DNA from: a virus
Taxonomy: Duplodnaviria; Caudoviricetes
DNA: 59,465 bases
Direction: 5' to 3' (one strand)
IMG/VR virus record: IMGVR_UViG_3300032212_000005
Coordinates: 1 to 59,465 of that record
In this document: positions 46,301 through 55,400 of the stretch, piece after piece
Numbering within the stretch: the first letter of the stretch is position 1
How the letters are laid out: each line of letters starts with the position of its first letter
Program-made: the position numbers and the translations under genes
The notes under the pieces: generated by a model
Seen by the model: only the letters and a program-made list of their open reading frames with translations
Databases searched by the model: none
What the model was told of the DNA's origin: nothing

Positions 46301-47523
46301 GCATTGAAACAGAATTAGAGCAAGAGGCCATGAAACTGGCTAGAGCAGCGGCTTCTGACATGAACAAGAAGCAGGCAGCTATTGAAATTCCCAAACTCGA
46401 AAGCGCTTTTGTGCTGGGCGCTACCCAGGAAGAAGACTATAACAGCTACGCATTTGAAAACGATTTACAGAGGACCATGGCGGGATATGGAGCTCAACTT
46501 AATTCAGAGTTCGAGTTAAACGCCACGGACCCACACGGGCGAAATCAGGCAGCTATAGAGAAGGCTCAAGCCACGTTTGAAAAGGCTGAACCTGTGCCAA
46601 TTGTAGAGCCGACACTCACCGAAAAACCAAAGGCTAAGAAGAAATCCACGGTACTGGATACGACTGTAGATTCTGCCTTGATACTGGCAGCCAAAAAAGG
46701 AGGTTTAAATGCGGATTCGTTTATTGCAGAAGGCCTGGATCCAGAATCGGTAAAGGATAAGAGCTTTAACAATCAGGTATTTGGCAATCCCATATTCCGA
46801 AAGAATGGCGGTATGACGCCAGATGGATTTGCAGAACTATTGCAGCAATGGGGTTATGTTCCATCAGAGATAAGCGCCAATGAAGCGCTCGACATTGCCC
46901 TGAATGAAGCAAACGGCATAGAGACAAAGTATCACCCTGATGGGATTGAGCAGCAAATCGAGGCTGAAATAGCCGCAATGAAGGAGCAGCCCGAACAGGA
47001 TTATGACGCTAATGATTATGAAGACCTGACCGATGGCATGAGCGAAGAGCAAGTCCCGGCATTTAATGGCATTGTCGAAGGTGATTTGTGGGATTTGGCT
47101 GAATCATTACCTCAAGATCCTAATTACCAAGAAGTTTATGATCAGGCATATGAAGAGTATTCGGGCGGCTTTGAGCTTACTCAGCAAACACCGGAAGAGA
47201 TACAAGCAGCCGAGCAAGAAGCCCAGGCGCTTATTGATGCCCAACGAGCTGAAGAAGCAAAGGCGGCAGCAGATGAGGCCATTGGAGACTTCACGCTAAC
47301 TGGCTCTGACAGTACGGCGGATATCGCGGCGGCACAAGGTCAGACGGATTTATGGGCGACCATTGATCAAATTGACGCTTCTCAATACGATGTCATGGTT
47401 GAAGTGGTTGCAGAAGATACCGGCGATGTTTATGAAATGCCGCAAAATGCAGAAAAAGCGCTTAGACGACTTCGGAAAAAGAGAGATACTGTGCAATCTA
47501 TATTGGAGTGCATTCGAGGATGA
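40396..47523 (+). CDS. Giant polyvalent internal virion protein (InPase-like, ART-PolyVal-like and C5 DNA MTase domains)
   Basis: IRDKYPQYDD N-terminus; ISIENPRGS..DYGYI..DEHKVMMGF (~43100-43550); HHGSPH..GTGEGAQAFGHGLYF (43975-); SLFDETG, ACPCTEFS (~45775), IENPVG (~45928). Confidence 0.9.
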   Translation: MKLSEIRDKYPQYDDRTDQELADAFYDKFYSEQLDREDFYTRLGYTPEVAEEPVSELEETPTQVDENPTTPLVAVQEEPQKPEPIAVRQREPELDGGFPYKEPEQVAAEIEPAKVDAAPEPDIAYQATGNPDEIIDLQKQIQDARAKGSTSRVALERLKEIAGGALPRPLQAELDSAPPLEGLSEEEMLAEPPAEKKVGNITDWDAFERDRLNQEVIDWQEFITPSDGDGWAEIMQKTAENIPTRFKKIAGGMIQALGESLVSDVGASLNPGMEAALMNGSEALGLSREEYANLLKDNFISQTGEKIAGEAIFDLEANAPDMAEGSLPFYVSSTLGAVVEMVPALAGSLFTRNPNAGLAIMSGQVYGDQYAESRDQGRTPDEAQADAFVRGVLFEALPERLPLGVLTEMATDGRLLKILKSAGAEGLQEPVTQLLQVSYDAGIDPNDTVAEALQRPEVWAGVRDAAIIGMGAGGTLGAVTVGIEEVANRISTSESVDDAVLEAETILNEAEERSKLRVNDVPGVTDAPDISLDAQADDIIEDIESVTPDISSDTKVSSVQGKIVNREIFEEVRALQEETGRELEISEIQRSSRIGFNHAQNIKEALEDDSDTTFLDTETFNNEIIERRKTNKGSDIAPESGRVETDDVEPEIEPVTPEIETKTTPYQSVPDSAFNGDLEEGLNRVFLSDEFKGDSVELSGQGFTADETRSLESVGLAENGRMSAEQYNEWMKERGARLSRPSTTKEKSPTADKDARGLRAIREDFGNNQNNPEVLEALANEAWALDEANTGPSKAAGNLYSQINDRLTELYGASNRTSPQNIESWAMNYNPKGTLTVNPDQELGGIIDQNPQNGTWFAISHRDNSVVEGLESKEKAFEVIQKSNEVYLAGKEAATSPENNLPEPTQAQKEAGNYKMGKVELNGFDISIENPRGSSRSGRDPDGNDWSITMANDYGYIRRTRGADDSGSDVKSDIEHVDVFIGKDLASDKVFIVDQYYDGEFDEHKVMMGFSTEDQAAQAYLDNYDEGWEGLGDITEMNVEEFREWVYNTEKTSAPATGNTENAQQDIETETQGELTKLYQDIVDGEVRVEDAIDSLEEFDDLPTEVEVAIGKYRAEQLEDSEVWGERGDREQWDSEFIEVIAPQLLEDRPGIREAIIEVDYDAVTYPEGEGTTVAVFDTSNIVQSEASNKIKAHHGSPHSFSKFTTERIGTGEGAQAFGHGLYFAESEGVARSYRDNLGKGTGISEDDVMARALDARNGNFEAAAKDMRNRGDRAMQGENPEDASRFYRMATQLQAKYDPRGKVYTVELDVQSDELLDWDLPFKEQSELVQKALKDMQGSGKRLEEMSREEIIAVLEHNDPDGDYSDAASAVQGMDPLTREEALELATEKEIDEYRFSEIGDNQTGKSIYRQLTSQEGGGNVYSNPAQARVSARLLELGVKGTKYKDGFSRGKEGDDGTYNYVIFSEDLVNIVSVDGVEMSLSEVNELTEGMNDEQIDQFYNEVFEGESDVVEEGVSEESQEGQEQEGINQDVEGSDTVEGSQEASEPKGEVKLKSNGDPFASEKSARASKVFKNADNARVVEVEGGYGVEIIESFVATHYVKEFGEMVDLMAVDLEKGMFIESIGQTPQYYNLSEVWDYQTMERVEAKPEPERVPASEFSDYTKQQPLDEYGDYWFNRSLHLNYTNPEERVLMERVVKESGEVLSLNQADARILEWEAEMDRQRLSGENRNKIVISLFDETGTWANPWALAGYDVRKVDLASEGVNVFDIDMDWLLENGFVDDDVHMVLAACPCTEFSVAGNRYKPGGVDEKQGAQAKQDQAVALVQHTLRVINAMKPRYWAIENPVGTIQKLSGLPDARLSFHPSHFGFPYTKKTMIWGNFNADLPTANVDNVKREVDKRDDGYFDPLTKELVPTPLRNALDASKAKHIGGSWAFDLRGDVPEHKRLRSATPEGFSYAFFMANSGASIETELEQEAMKLARAAASDMNKKQAAIEIPKLESAFVLGATQEEDYNSYAFENDLQRTMAGYGAQLNSEFELNATDPHGRNQAAIEKAQATFEKAEPVPIVEPTLTEKPKAKKKSTVLDTTVDSALILAAKKGGLNADSFIAEGLDPESVKDKSFNNQVFGNPIFRKNGGMTPDGFAELLQQWGYVPSEISANEALDIALNEANGIETKYHPDGIEQQIEAEIAAMKEQPEQDYDANDYEDLTDGMSEEQVPAFNGIVEGDLWDLAESLPQDPNYQEVYDQAYEEYSGGFELTQQTPEEIQAAEQEAQALIDAQRAEEAKAAADEAIGDFTLTGSDSTADIAAAQGQTDLWATIDQIDASQYDVMVEVVAEDTGDVYEMPQNAEKALRRLRKKRDTVQSILECIRG
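44924..45052 (+). CDS. Possible nested 42-aa basic peptide in the +1 frame
   Basis: GAAGGAG RBS and ATG; MLSKKEFQKRVRKAKSRK... Confidence 0.3.
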   Translation: MLSKKEFQKRVRKAKSRKASIKMSKDLIQSRAVKKPASQKAK

Positions 47524-47840
47524 GAGCTGATCAGATAGAATCCAGGGGCGGACGCAGAAAGCGCAGAGCCCCGAAATCTCCGCCAACAAGCGCAAGCGTT
47601 GCTGATGTCGTTGAAAGTATGCCTGCGTTACCCGCCAGTTTATCAAAAGAAGAAATCACTGAATTGGTGGCGTCTGCAGTCAACCAGGTTGCCGATAAAA
47701 TATTAAACGCCCAATCCAAACAGCCCAGCAAGCGAGTCAAAAAAATCACTCACCAGGTAAAGCGAAAAAAATACGCAAATACCAACATCCCTTTAATGGC
47801 AGAGCTTGTTAGCACTATCACTTATGAGGGTGACGGTTAA
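47520..47840 (+). CDS. Hypothetical protein
   Basis: ATGA coupling to the giant gene. Confidence 0.7.
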   Translation: MRADQIESRGGRRKRRAPKSPPTSASVADVVESMPALPASLSKEEITELVASAVNQVADKILNAQSKQPSKRVKKITHQVKRKKYANTNIPLMAELVSTITYEGDG

Positions 47841-50800
47841 TGGCTTATAAGATTTCTCAGCGAGAGTCACTCGACATCGCAAGCAGCATCACACCCGATG
47901 ACCCAGATGGGTATGCTATTGGTGATATGTTGTGTTTTTTAGTTCTTGCCAAAAATACGTCTAACGCCATCACAACAGCGACACCAGGCTGGACAGTATC
48001 ATCTAGTGCAAAAGGTACTTACAACAACAACAGTCTGGGGGTCATTTATAAATCTGCCACGGTGGACAGCGTAAGTGAAGGTGGTGCTGGCGAAACAATG
48101 CCTCTTATTACAGTTGGTAGCTCAGTAGACATATACGTTCTCGCTGTTGCACTTGGTGATGTTCCGTCATCGTCTGCTGTTGACCTGGAGCTTCATGGCT
48201 CTACCGGGTTCACTGGACTAACACAAGGGATACCAACTGGTACTACTGGTGCGCCAAACACATTTGGTCTATGGCTTGCCGCGACAAGTAACTGGGCCGA
48301 AACAATACCTGAGATCGGGTCGGGACCACTGGGTAGTGATCGAAATGTTCAAGGGTCCACACAAGCAGGTGTGTCATCAGGTTGGTGGTTTGAAGAGGAC
48401 TCAGGTGTAACAAGCCCATCCAGGGAATTCTGGTTGTTAGACGCTGTGAGAAATCGTCACTGCATTGTCATCTCTTTTAAATCTGACACTGCCGCAATAA
48501 AACCTGTTCGCTGTGACCTCGACACTGTTGCACCCTGGGAGTTGATCTGCGCGTTTCACGACAACGCAGGTTACAAAGGTTATACGCTCAAAGACATATC
48601 GGCAGATGTCACCGCACTAGACACAATCAGCACGACATCGGTTGATTCCAACTCGGATAACAATCTTGGTTTCGGGCTTAACTTGTACATGCCTGGTGTG
48701 AGATCGCAATCAGTCAGCACAGCAGTTGGTACCGCGTATGTTCGGGAAATGACACTAGGTGCAACAGAAGATCTTTCGGCAGCGGGAACCAAGATATTCT
48801 TCTATGTCCGTTACGGTAGCGGTACGGACTTAACACGAGCAGATATTTTATCTAACCACGGACTCATGGTTGGTCTTCGGTCTGGAGGGACAGGCTCGGA
48901 GCAGTATAGGTTTTTTGACGCTGCGGCATTTGACACTTTCCCTGTTGCTGGTGCGATGCATATTGTGGTGATAGACCCTGCTGATATAACGAATAGGGTG
49001 GGGTCAGACATAGGTGGTGGCAGTTTTGACTTATCGGACATTCGCGGCGTTTGCACAGCATTTCATAGTGCGTCCACTTCGGTCTCCCAAATATACCTCG
49101 ACTACTGCGGTAAGCTGAACAGACTGCAAGTGATAGGAGGGGATGACTCTGATCCAATGCACTACCTTGATTGGTCAGCCGCCAAAGAACAACTAAGGGA
49201 TTACGATCAACTCATTGAAAAACTGGGTGACGCATACGAGACAAAGATTAGTATCCAGATCGGTGACGGTTCATCGGTCACCCACTTCCATACGAATGGT
49301 GAGAACTTCTCGTTTCCAAATCCAGCGGACTTTGATGCTAAACGCATTCAGTACCAAGTCTATGACAGCTCACATAGCATTGTCTTTGAGTTAGATACAG
49401 GGAGCACCGCAACGTTTGATGCAGTTATTGATTTTAAAGGTGGTACTCTGGACCTAAGTGATGCGGGGAACGTTAACGCGACCTGGACGTTCAACGGCGG
49501 AACATGGAAAAACGTAGGCACTTGGAATGTATCTGATATTGGCGCAATCGGTAACATGTCTATTGTCGATAGTGCGGAGATGCTCGATCTCGCATTGGAT
49601 CTAACATCAGGTGTGACCCTAACTAACACGACGGTCCACATTACTGGCGCAACTCAAGCCGCACTACAATCTAAGTTTAACGAGTATGCCCGTTGTATAT
49701 TCAATGGTAATGCGTCGGTCGGACTAGAGATAGAGTATACGGGTGCGAGTACCACCACCATTGCACTGACAGCTCCTACGAATATCCAAATAGACAAAAC
49801 GACTTTTGCAGCGGCAGTCGCTGTAGCTTGTACAGTGGCAGTAACAACAAACGAGACAATAGGCGATGCCTCAGTTTCAGGATCTGCCACTTCCCTGACA
49901 GAAGTTGCGCCCACCTTCGACCTGGATCTGACTAGTAACGTAGCAGCAACATTCAGGGTGTTTAATGAGGCTGGTGGTGCCGAACTGTTCTCTGCATCTG
50001 CATCAACTTCAGAGTCATGGACCCACGGCAATCAGACAGTCAGCATTACTTGCTGGGCGGCTGGGTATCAACAGCAAAGACGGACTGGTGTCGATCTAAC
50101 AAACGCCAATGTTCCAGTGACTTTTGAACTGGTGGACATACCAAGTTACAACGCCAGTCATGGTTTGAGCTACACGACCGATTTAACTTATGACCCACTA
50201 ACCAAAGAGTTAGATCCAGTGACAAGGCAAGAAGGTGCGGATATTAACTCTCTGCTCAATGACGCATACGACGCTCAGACAGCTCTGCATAACTCTGATT
50301 ACCCTATCAGAATGGATGGCGCTAAGACTGCAATCTTCTTAGATGATGCTTATATTAAAGTAGCATCCTTAGACAACTGGATGGGAGCAGGCTACGAGTA
50401 CCGAGATACTTCAGATGTAGTTCAGAAGCAAGCAGCGAGCTTTAAAGGACAAGGAGGTACTTGGACAGGCAACACTGCCGAATACCAAACCACGCCAGGC
50501 ACGGGGCAGACTGATGCAAGAGCTTCCGGCATCATTGATGAAGTTATCGTTATTTACACCAACGGCGGCGATGATCTTCGAGGTGGATGGGTTTGGAAGT
50601 ATCAGGTTAATGGAAAGCTGCAAGCCAGGGCAGATATTGTTGCTTTGTTTGGCGGGAATCTTCAGCCAACTGAGTATGAATTTAACATGGCAGAGGAAAG
50701 CATCACGGCGGCCACGGGTGATCCAGCGGTAACGCTGACATTCACTGATCACGGTGCTAGCCCTGTTACATGGAACGGTAAAGATTTTAGCATCACGATT

Positions 50801-52186
50801 CAGTCAAACGAGAGCGCTGAAACTATTCTCCGCGAACTGAACTATAACCATTCACTAGATGCCACATATAACGGCGAATCCCCTTTTAACTGGTGGGATA
50901 TGGTGCTGGAAGCAGGATCATCTTATGAGACAGCACGAGGGATTCATGAGGGCGGCACAGGCGCAGCACAGAAGGGAGTTAGGGTGTTAAATGGATCTGG
51001 TGATCCGCATCCTGATTTCATCCAATTCCAGGCCGATGACGGTACTTACTTCATACCTGATGTTACATCAACAATATCAGGGTCAGGCATGCCTACTGCT
51101 GGCGCCAACATTAATCTCCAAATTTGGAATGCTACAGCCTTAACAGCGGCATCAAGGCTAGATTCAACTGCGTATAGCGTTGGAGACATTAGATTGCGCT
51201 CAACAGGGCTCGGTAGTGAGAATACAGCCGGGCTTTACTTGCGCTGCACCACGGCAGGGACCAGTGCTGGAACAGAGCCAACATGGGATACAACGCCAGG
51301 CAACACCACAACAGATGGCACAGCAGTATGGACTACATACGCGGTCCTTTATCAAGACGGTGATCCTGCAAGTTCAGCATATTCAGACACTTATATTGAT
51401 GGTGAAGAATTTCTGGCAGGTGAACAATTTGGTTACAGATTCGCAGAATTAGATGCTGGGTCCACATTCAAGATAGATTCCAATAGTGGTTTTGTCAGTA
51501 GCACCGGCTTTGCTTTTGCCGTATCGGTAACTGCGGATGCTTCATATGCTTCAGCGGGTATTGATGGATCAACATTGACTGGCAGATTTAGCCATGATGT
51601 CGCGAATGACGAAATTGATCTTATTGCAGACACGGATTACTCCGGCCCGGACCCATATGCTTATTATTGCTACACACTGACGACTTCTAATGGAATGTGG
51701 CACTTGTGGGGTAGCGTAGAATCTGCCCAAGAAGGCGATTATAAGATAATAACCGCTAACGCAAACATCTTCTTTGATGAAACTCTAGGTGTGTTTATCA
51801 AAATCACTGACGCATCCAGATGGTACAGGGATGACGGACAAAGACCTGCTAAAGATCCTACGAGCGGCGGCGGCGGTATTGACCCAGGTGGTTGGAGAAA
51901 TCCTGTCTATCCGATATCGACTGGATCAGTTTTAACTACGGAGCAGAATGCTTTGCTGGCTACTTCGGCAACACAATCAACCACAGCTGCAACGAAATCC
52001 ACAGAAACAAACAAGATTGTCAAAAACAAGAACATCACAGATTCCAGCACCAGCAAGCAAAAGATATATGATGACGATGACACGACTGTATTGCTTGAGG
52101 CTGATTTGTTTGAGGATGAAGCTGGCGCAACCCCTTGGACTGGCGACGCAGCCATTCTAAGAAGGGATAAGCTGGATACGCCATAA
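47840..52186 (+). CDS. Large virion appendage/fibre protein, 1448 aa
   Basis: T/S/G-rich beta composition; TAYSVGD...CTTAGTS...EPTW...TTDGTAVW module near the C-terminus. Confidence 0.75.
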   Translation: MAYKISQRESLDIASSITPDDPDGYAIGDMLCFLVLAKNTSNAITTATPGWTVSSSAKGTYNNNSLGVIYKSATVDSVSEGGAGETMPLITVGSSVDIYVLAVALGDVPSSSAVDLELHGSTGFTGLTQGIPTGTTGAPNTFGLWLAATSNWAETIPEIGSGPLGSDRNVQGSTQAGVSSGWWFEEDSGVTSPSREFWLLDAVRNRHCIVISFKSDTAAIKPVRCDLDTVAPWELICAFHDNAGYKGYTLKDISADVTALDTISTTSVDSNSDNNLGFGLNLYMPGVRSQSVSTAVGTAYVREMTLGATEDLSAAGTKIFFYVRYGSGTDLTRADILSNHGLMVGLRSGGTGSEQYRFFDAAAFDTFPVAGAMHIVVIDPADITNRVGSDIGGGSFDLSDIRGVCTAFHSASTSVSQIYLDYCGKLNRLQVIGGDDSDPMHYLDWSAAKEQLRDYDQLIEKLGDAYETKISIQIGDGSSVTHFHTNGENFSFPNPADFDAKRIQYQVYDSSHSIVFELDTGSTATFDAVIDFKGGTLDLSDAGNVNATWTFNGGTWKNVGTWNVSDIGAIGNMSIVDSAEMLDLALDLTSGVTLTNTTVHITGATQAALQSKFNEYARCIFNGNASVGLEIEYTGASTTTIALTAPTNIQIDKTTFAAAVAVACTVAVTTNETIGDASVSGSATSLTEVAPTFDLDLTSNVAATFRVFNEAGGAELFSASASTSESWTHGNQTVSITCWAAGYQQQRRTGVDLTNANVPVTFELVDIPSYNASHGLSYTTDLTYDPLTKELDPVTRQEGADINSLLNDAYDAQTALHNSDYPIRMDGAKTAIFLDDAYIKVASLDNWMGAGYEYRDTSDVVQKQAASFKGQGGTWTGNTAEYQTTPGTGQTDARASGIIDEVIVIYTNGGDDLRGGWVWKYQVNGKLQARADIVALFGGNLQPTEYEFNMAEESITAATGDPAVTLTFTDHGASPVTWNGKDFSITIQSNESAETILRELNYNHSLDATYNGESPFNWWDMVLEAGSSYETARGIHEGGTGAAQKGVRVLNGSGDPHPDFIQFQADDGTYFIPDVTSTISGSGMPTAGANINLQIWNATALTAASRLDSTAYSVGDIRLRSTGLGSENTAGLYLRCTTAGTSAGTEPTWDTTPGNTTTDGTAVWTTYAVLYQDGDPASSAYSDTYIDGEEFLAGEQFGYRFAELDAGSTFKIDSNSGFVSSTGFAFAVSVTADASYASAGIDGSTLTGRFSHDVANDEIDLIADTDYSGPDPYAYYCYTLTTSNGMWHLWGSVESAQEGDYKIITANANIFFDETLGVFIKITDASRWYRDDGQRPAKDPTSGGGGIDPGGWRNPVYPISTGSVLTTEQNALLATSATQSTTAATKSTETNKIVKNKNITDSSTSKQKIYDDDDTTVLLEADLFEDEAGATPWTGDAAILRRDKLDTP

Positions 52187-52467
52187 TGTTAGTCACTAAC
52201 GGCATGGGTGCAAATGGTATCCTGGTAACTGCCGGTTTCGGGTACAATTCTTATCTAGATGTTGTCGTTATTGTTGTACCGAGAGAACCAGAGCCATCGC
52301 CGGGAGCGGGTGGTGGTAATTTAACATACGCATCACCGCAACAACGTACTGCCAGGGTAAGGGCTAATTTAACCCGAAAACAAATTATTGAGCAGTTGGT
52401 TCAAGAAGACGAAGAGCTAATTGCTATTATCATTTCCGCCACGGAGACATTGCTGTGCGATCTATAA
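52186..52467 (+). CDS. Small structural-module protein
   Basis: TAATG coupling; LVT.GFG, GAGGG, EDEELIAII. Confidence 0.7.
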   Translation: MLVTNGMGANGILVTAGFGYNSYLDVVVIVVPREPEPSPGAGGGNLTYASPQQRTARVRANLTRKQIIEQLVQEDEELIAIIISATETLLCDL

Positions 52468-55400
52468 GTCTTTGCATCAAGAGAGCGGGTAAAGCCGTTA
52501 CTCCGAAAATGGCCGACGAGCTTATAGACCGGGTAAAGACGTTCAAAGGTGATCAGGAATTAGCCGTTCAGGACTATTTGACTGAGCTGAATGATCAGAT
52601 AGCAGATCTGGAAAATCAGCTATTAGAGCAAGCAAACCCCGGGCTGACTCCACCTAGCCAGGTAGAGGAAGTGCAGCAAGAGCCGGAAACAAGCCAAGAA
52701 TTTGACATCCAATCACAATTGGAAGAAATTAAAAGCGCTATTAGCGAACTAGGAGGGAGCCAAGATGCAGCTTTGGGAACAGCAGACACTGGCACACTGG
52801 AGGGAGTTTCTACCGAACAAGGTCAAGCAACTGGAAATGTCCGGGACGTTGATGCAGGAAATCAACAGAGCGGTCCAGGCGACAATCAAGGAAATGGACA
52901 GCCTGATAGAAGCGGGACTGACGGAACAGGAGGCCTGGGAGCAAACGCGGGAGAAACGACTGTTTCTGAACCCGGAGCCCGGAGTGGAGGAAAACGAGGA
53001 AACATAGAGACAACCGATTACACTATTCAAGATAGTGATAATCTCGGTAGCGGTGGTGCTAAAACCAAGTTTAAGCAAAACATCGCGGCAGTTCGTCTAG
53101 TCCGTGAATTTATTGAAGATCCTTCGCGCCGCGCCACGAAAGAAGAGCAGGCAGTATTAGTTAAATATGTCGGCTGGGGCGGAATGCCTCAAGCATTCGT
53201 TAAACCCAATGGGTCCGTCACAAAAGGCTGGGAGACACAAGCAGCAGAGCTTCAGGAGATATTAACCCCGGAAGAATACTCTGATGCCCGGCGTTCTACC
53301 CAGGACGCTCACTACACTTCTCAGGAAGTCATTGGCGGCATTTATGCTGGACTCGAGCGCTTAGGCTTCAAGGGCGGGTCTATTCTTGAACCTTCACTTG
53401 GTAGCGGTAATTTCTTCGGTTTGATGCCGCAATTAGTTCGCCAGGCGTCAAAGCTAACGGGTGTAGAACTCGATACCATTACAGGCGAGATAGCGAAACA
53501 GCTATATCAATCGGCCAAAGTCTCAGCACCAACAGGCTTTCAAGACTTCCCGATGACGGATGGCACATTCGATCTAGCCATAGGTAATCCGCCATTCGGT
53601 AGCCAGAAGATTTATGATGGCAAACGCAAAGATATCAGCAAATTTTCGATTCACAATTACTTCTTTGCCAAGTCTCTCAATGGCTTGAGACAGAATGGCA
53701 TTCTCGCAATGGTGGTTTCCAAGGGATTGCTGGACAAAGCATCCAGCAAAGAGCGGGAATATCTGGCTAATCGTGCGGAGTTATTGGGCGCGATTCGACT
53801 ACCCAATAACGCTTTCCTGAAAAATGCCGGGACTGAAGTTACCACCGACATCATATTTTTGAGAAAACTGGGCTCACAAGAGACTCCCGACTACTCATGG
53901 ACTGAAACCGTCGACATTACCGGCGCCGATGGGACCACCATCAAAGTAAACAAGTATTTTGCTGAAAACCCAAACATGATGTTGGGTGAAATGCGTTCTG
54001 AAGGGTCGATGTATCGCGCCAATGAGCCGGCTTTGGTTGCCAGGAAAGGCGACGATATCTCTGAGTTACTGGCTGAAGCTATCCAGAATCTGCCTGAAAA
54101 CGTCTATTCGACCATTTCAGAGCCAGTTAGCGCGGCATTTGAGCCGGATGTGCAGTTATCCAGCGATATTCGCGACGTTCTGCACAATGGTTTCTTCTTC
54201 CAGGATGGTGAATTGCGTCGACGTGGCGCAGATATCAACGGCGAACCTTCGTTTGAAGTCGTGAAAACTCGCCTAGACTCGAGCGGAAAAGAAGTACCGT
54301 TCAAGGAACGACAGCTAGAACGAATCCGGGGCATGGCAGAAGTAGGCCAAACCGTAAGTCAGATACTCAAGTTGCAGCTTGGTAACTACACTGACGAGGA
54401 TATTGCGCCAGTAAGGGAAGAGCTCAACAAGCAATACGATACCTTTGTGAAGAAAAACGGGTTTATTAACTCGACCACAAACAAATCATTGATGAGACAA
54501 GACCCATTGTGGCCTCGCCTGGCTGCGCTTGAGCCTGATTATGATCGAGGGGTATCAGCAGCCGTAGCGAAGTCTACCGGGCAAGAGAAGCGAGCAGCAT
54601 CAGCCAAGAAGGCCGATATCTTCTCTACTCGGACACAATTCCCTTATCAGCCGGTTTCTCAAGTCACTACCCCGGCAGATGGGCTAACAGCTTCTCTATC
54701 GGAGCGAGGCAAGCTTGATCTGCCTTATATCGAACAGCTTTACGGTAAGCCTGAAGCGCAAATCATTGAAGAACTCGGTAACACCATCTACCAAGATCCA
54801 ATGGAAGGTTGGCAGACTGCCGAAGAATATCTATCAGGTAACGTCAAAAAGAAACTTCAAATAGCAAAAGAGAATGCAGCGCTAGATCCGGTTTACAGCC
54901 GGAATATTGAGGCTTTGACGGAAGTATTGCCCGAAGACATCGCGCCGATAGATATTATCGTTAAAATTGGCGCGCCCTGGTTGCCCAATGACGTAATGAA
55001 CGATTTCACCAATTACTTGGCAGGTGAAGATATTGGCGTTAACTGGACATATGTTGCGCCGCTCGCAAAGTGGAATTTTGGCGGTCGGATTTCTAGCACT
55101 GCCAAACTCAAGGATTGGGGAACACCGGATAGAACTTCTTATGAACTGATACAAGCAGCATCTGGCAATAAGCCCGTTAAAATCACCAGAAGGGATAGTG
55201 ACGGAAATGCCTATGTCGACGCTGAAGCTACCGCAGCCGCAAACCAGAAAGTAAATGACCTCAAACAAGAGTTTGAAGACTGGATATGGGAAGCGGCAGA
55301 GCGCCGGGAACGTCTAGGCAAGATATACAACGACACCATCAATACATCAATTGGTCGAAGCTATAACGGCAAGCATTTGGTGTTGCCAGGCAAAGTACCT

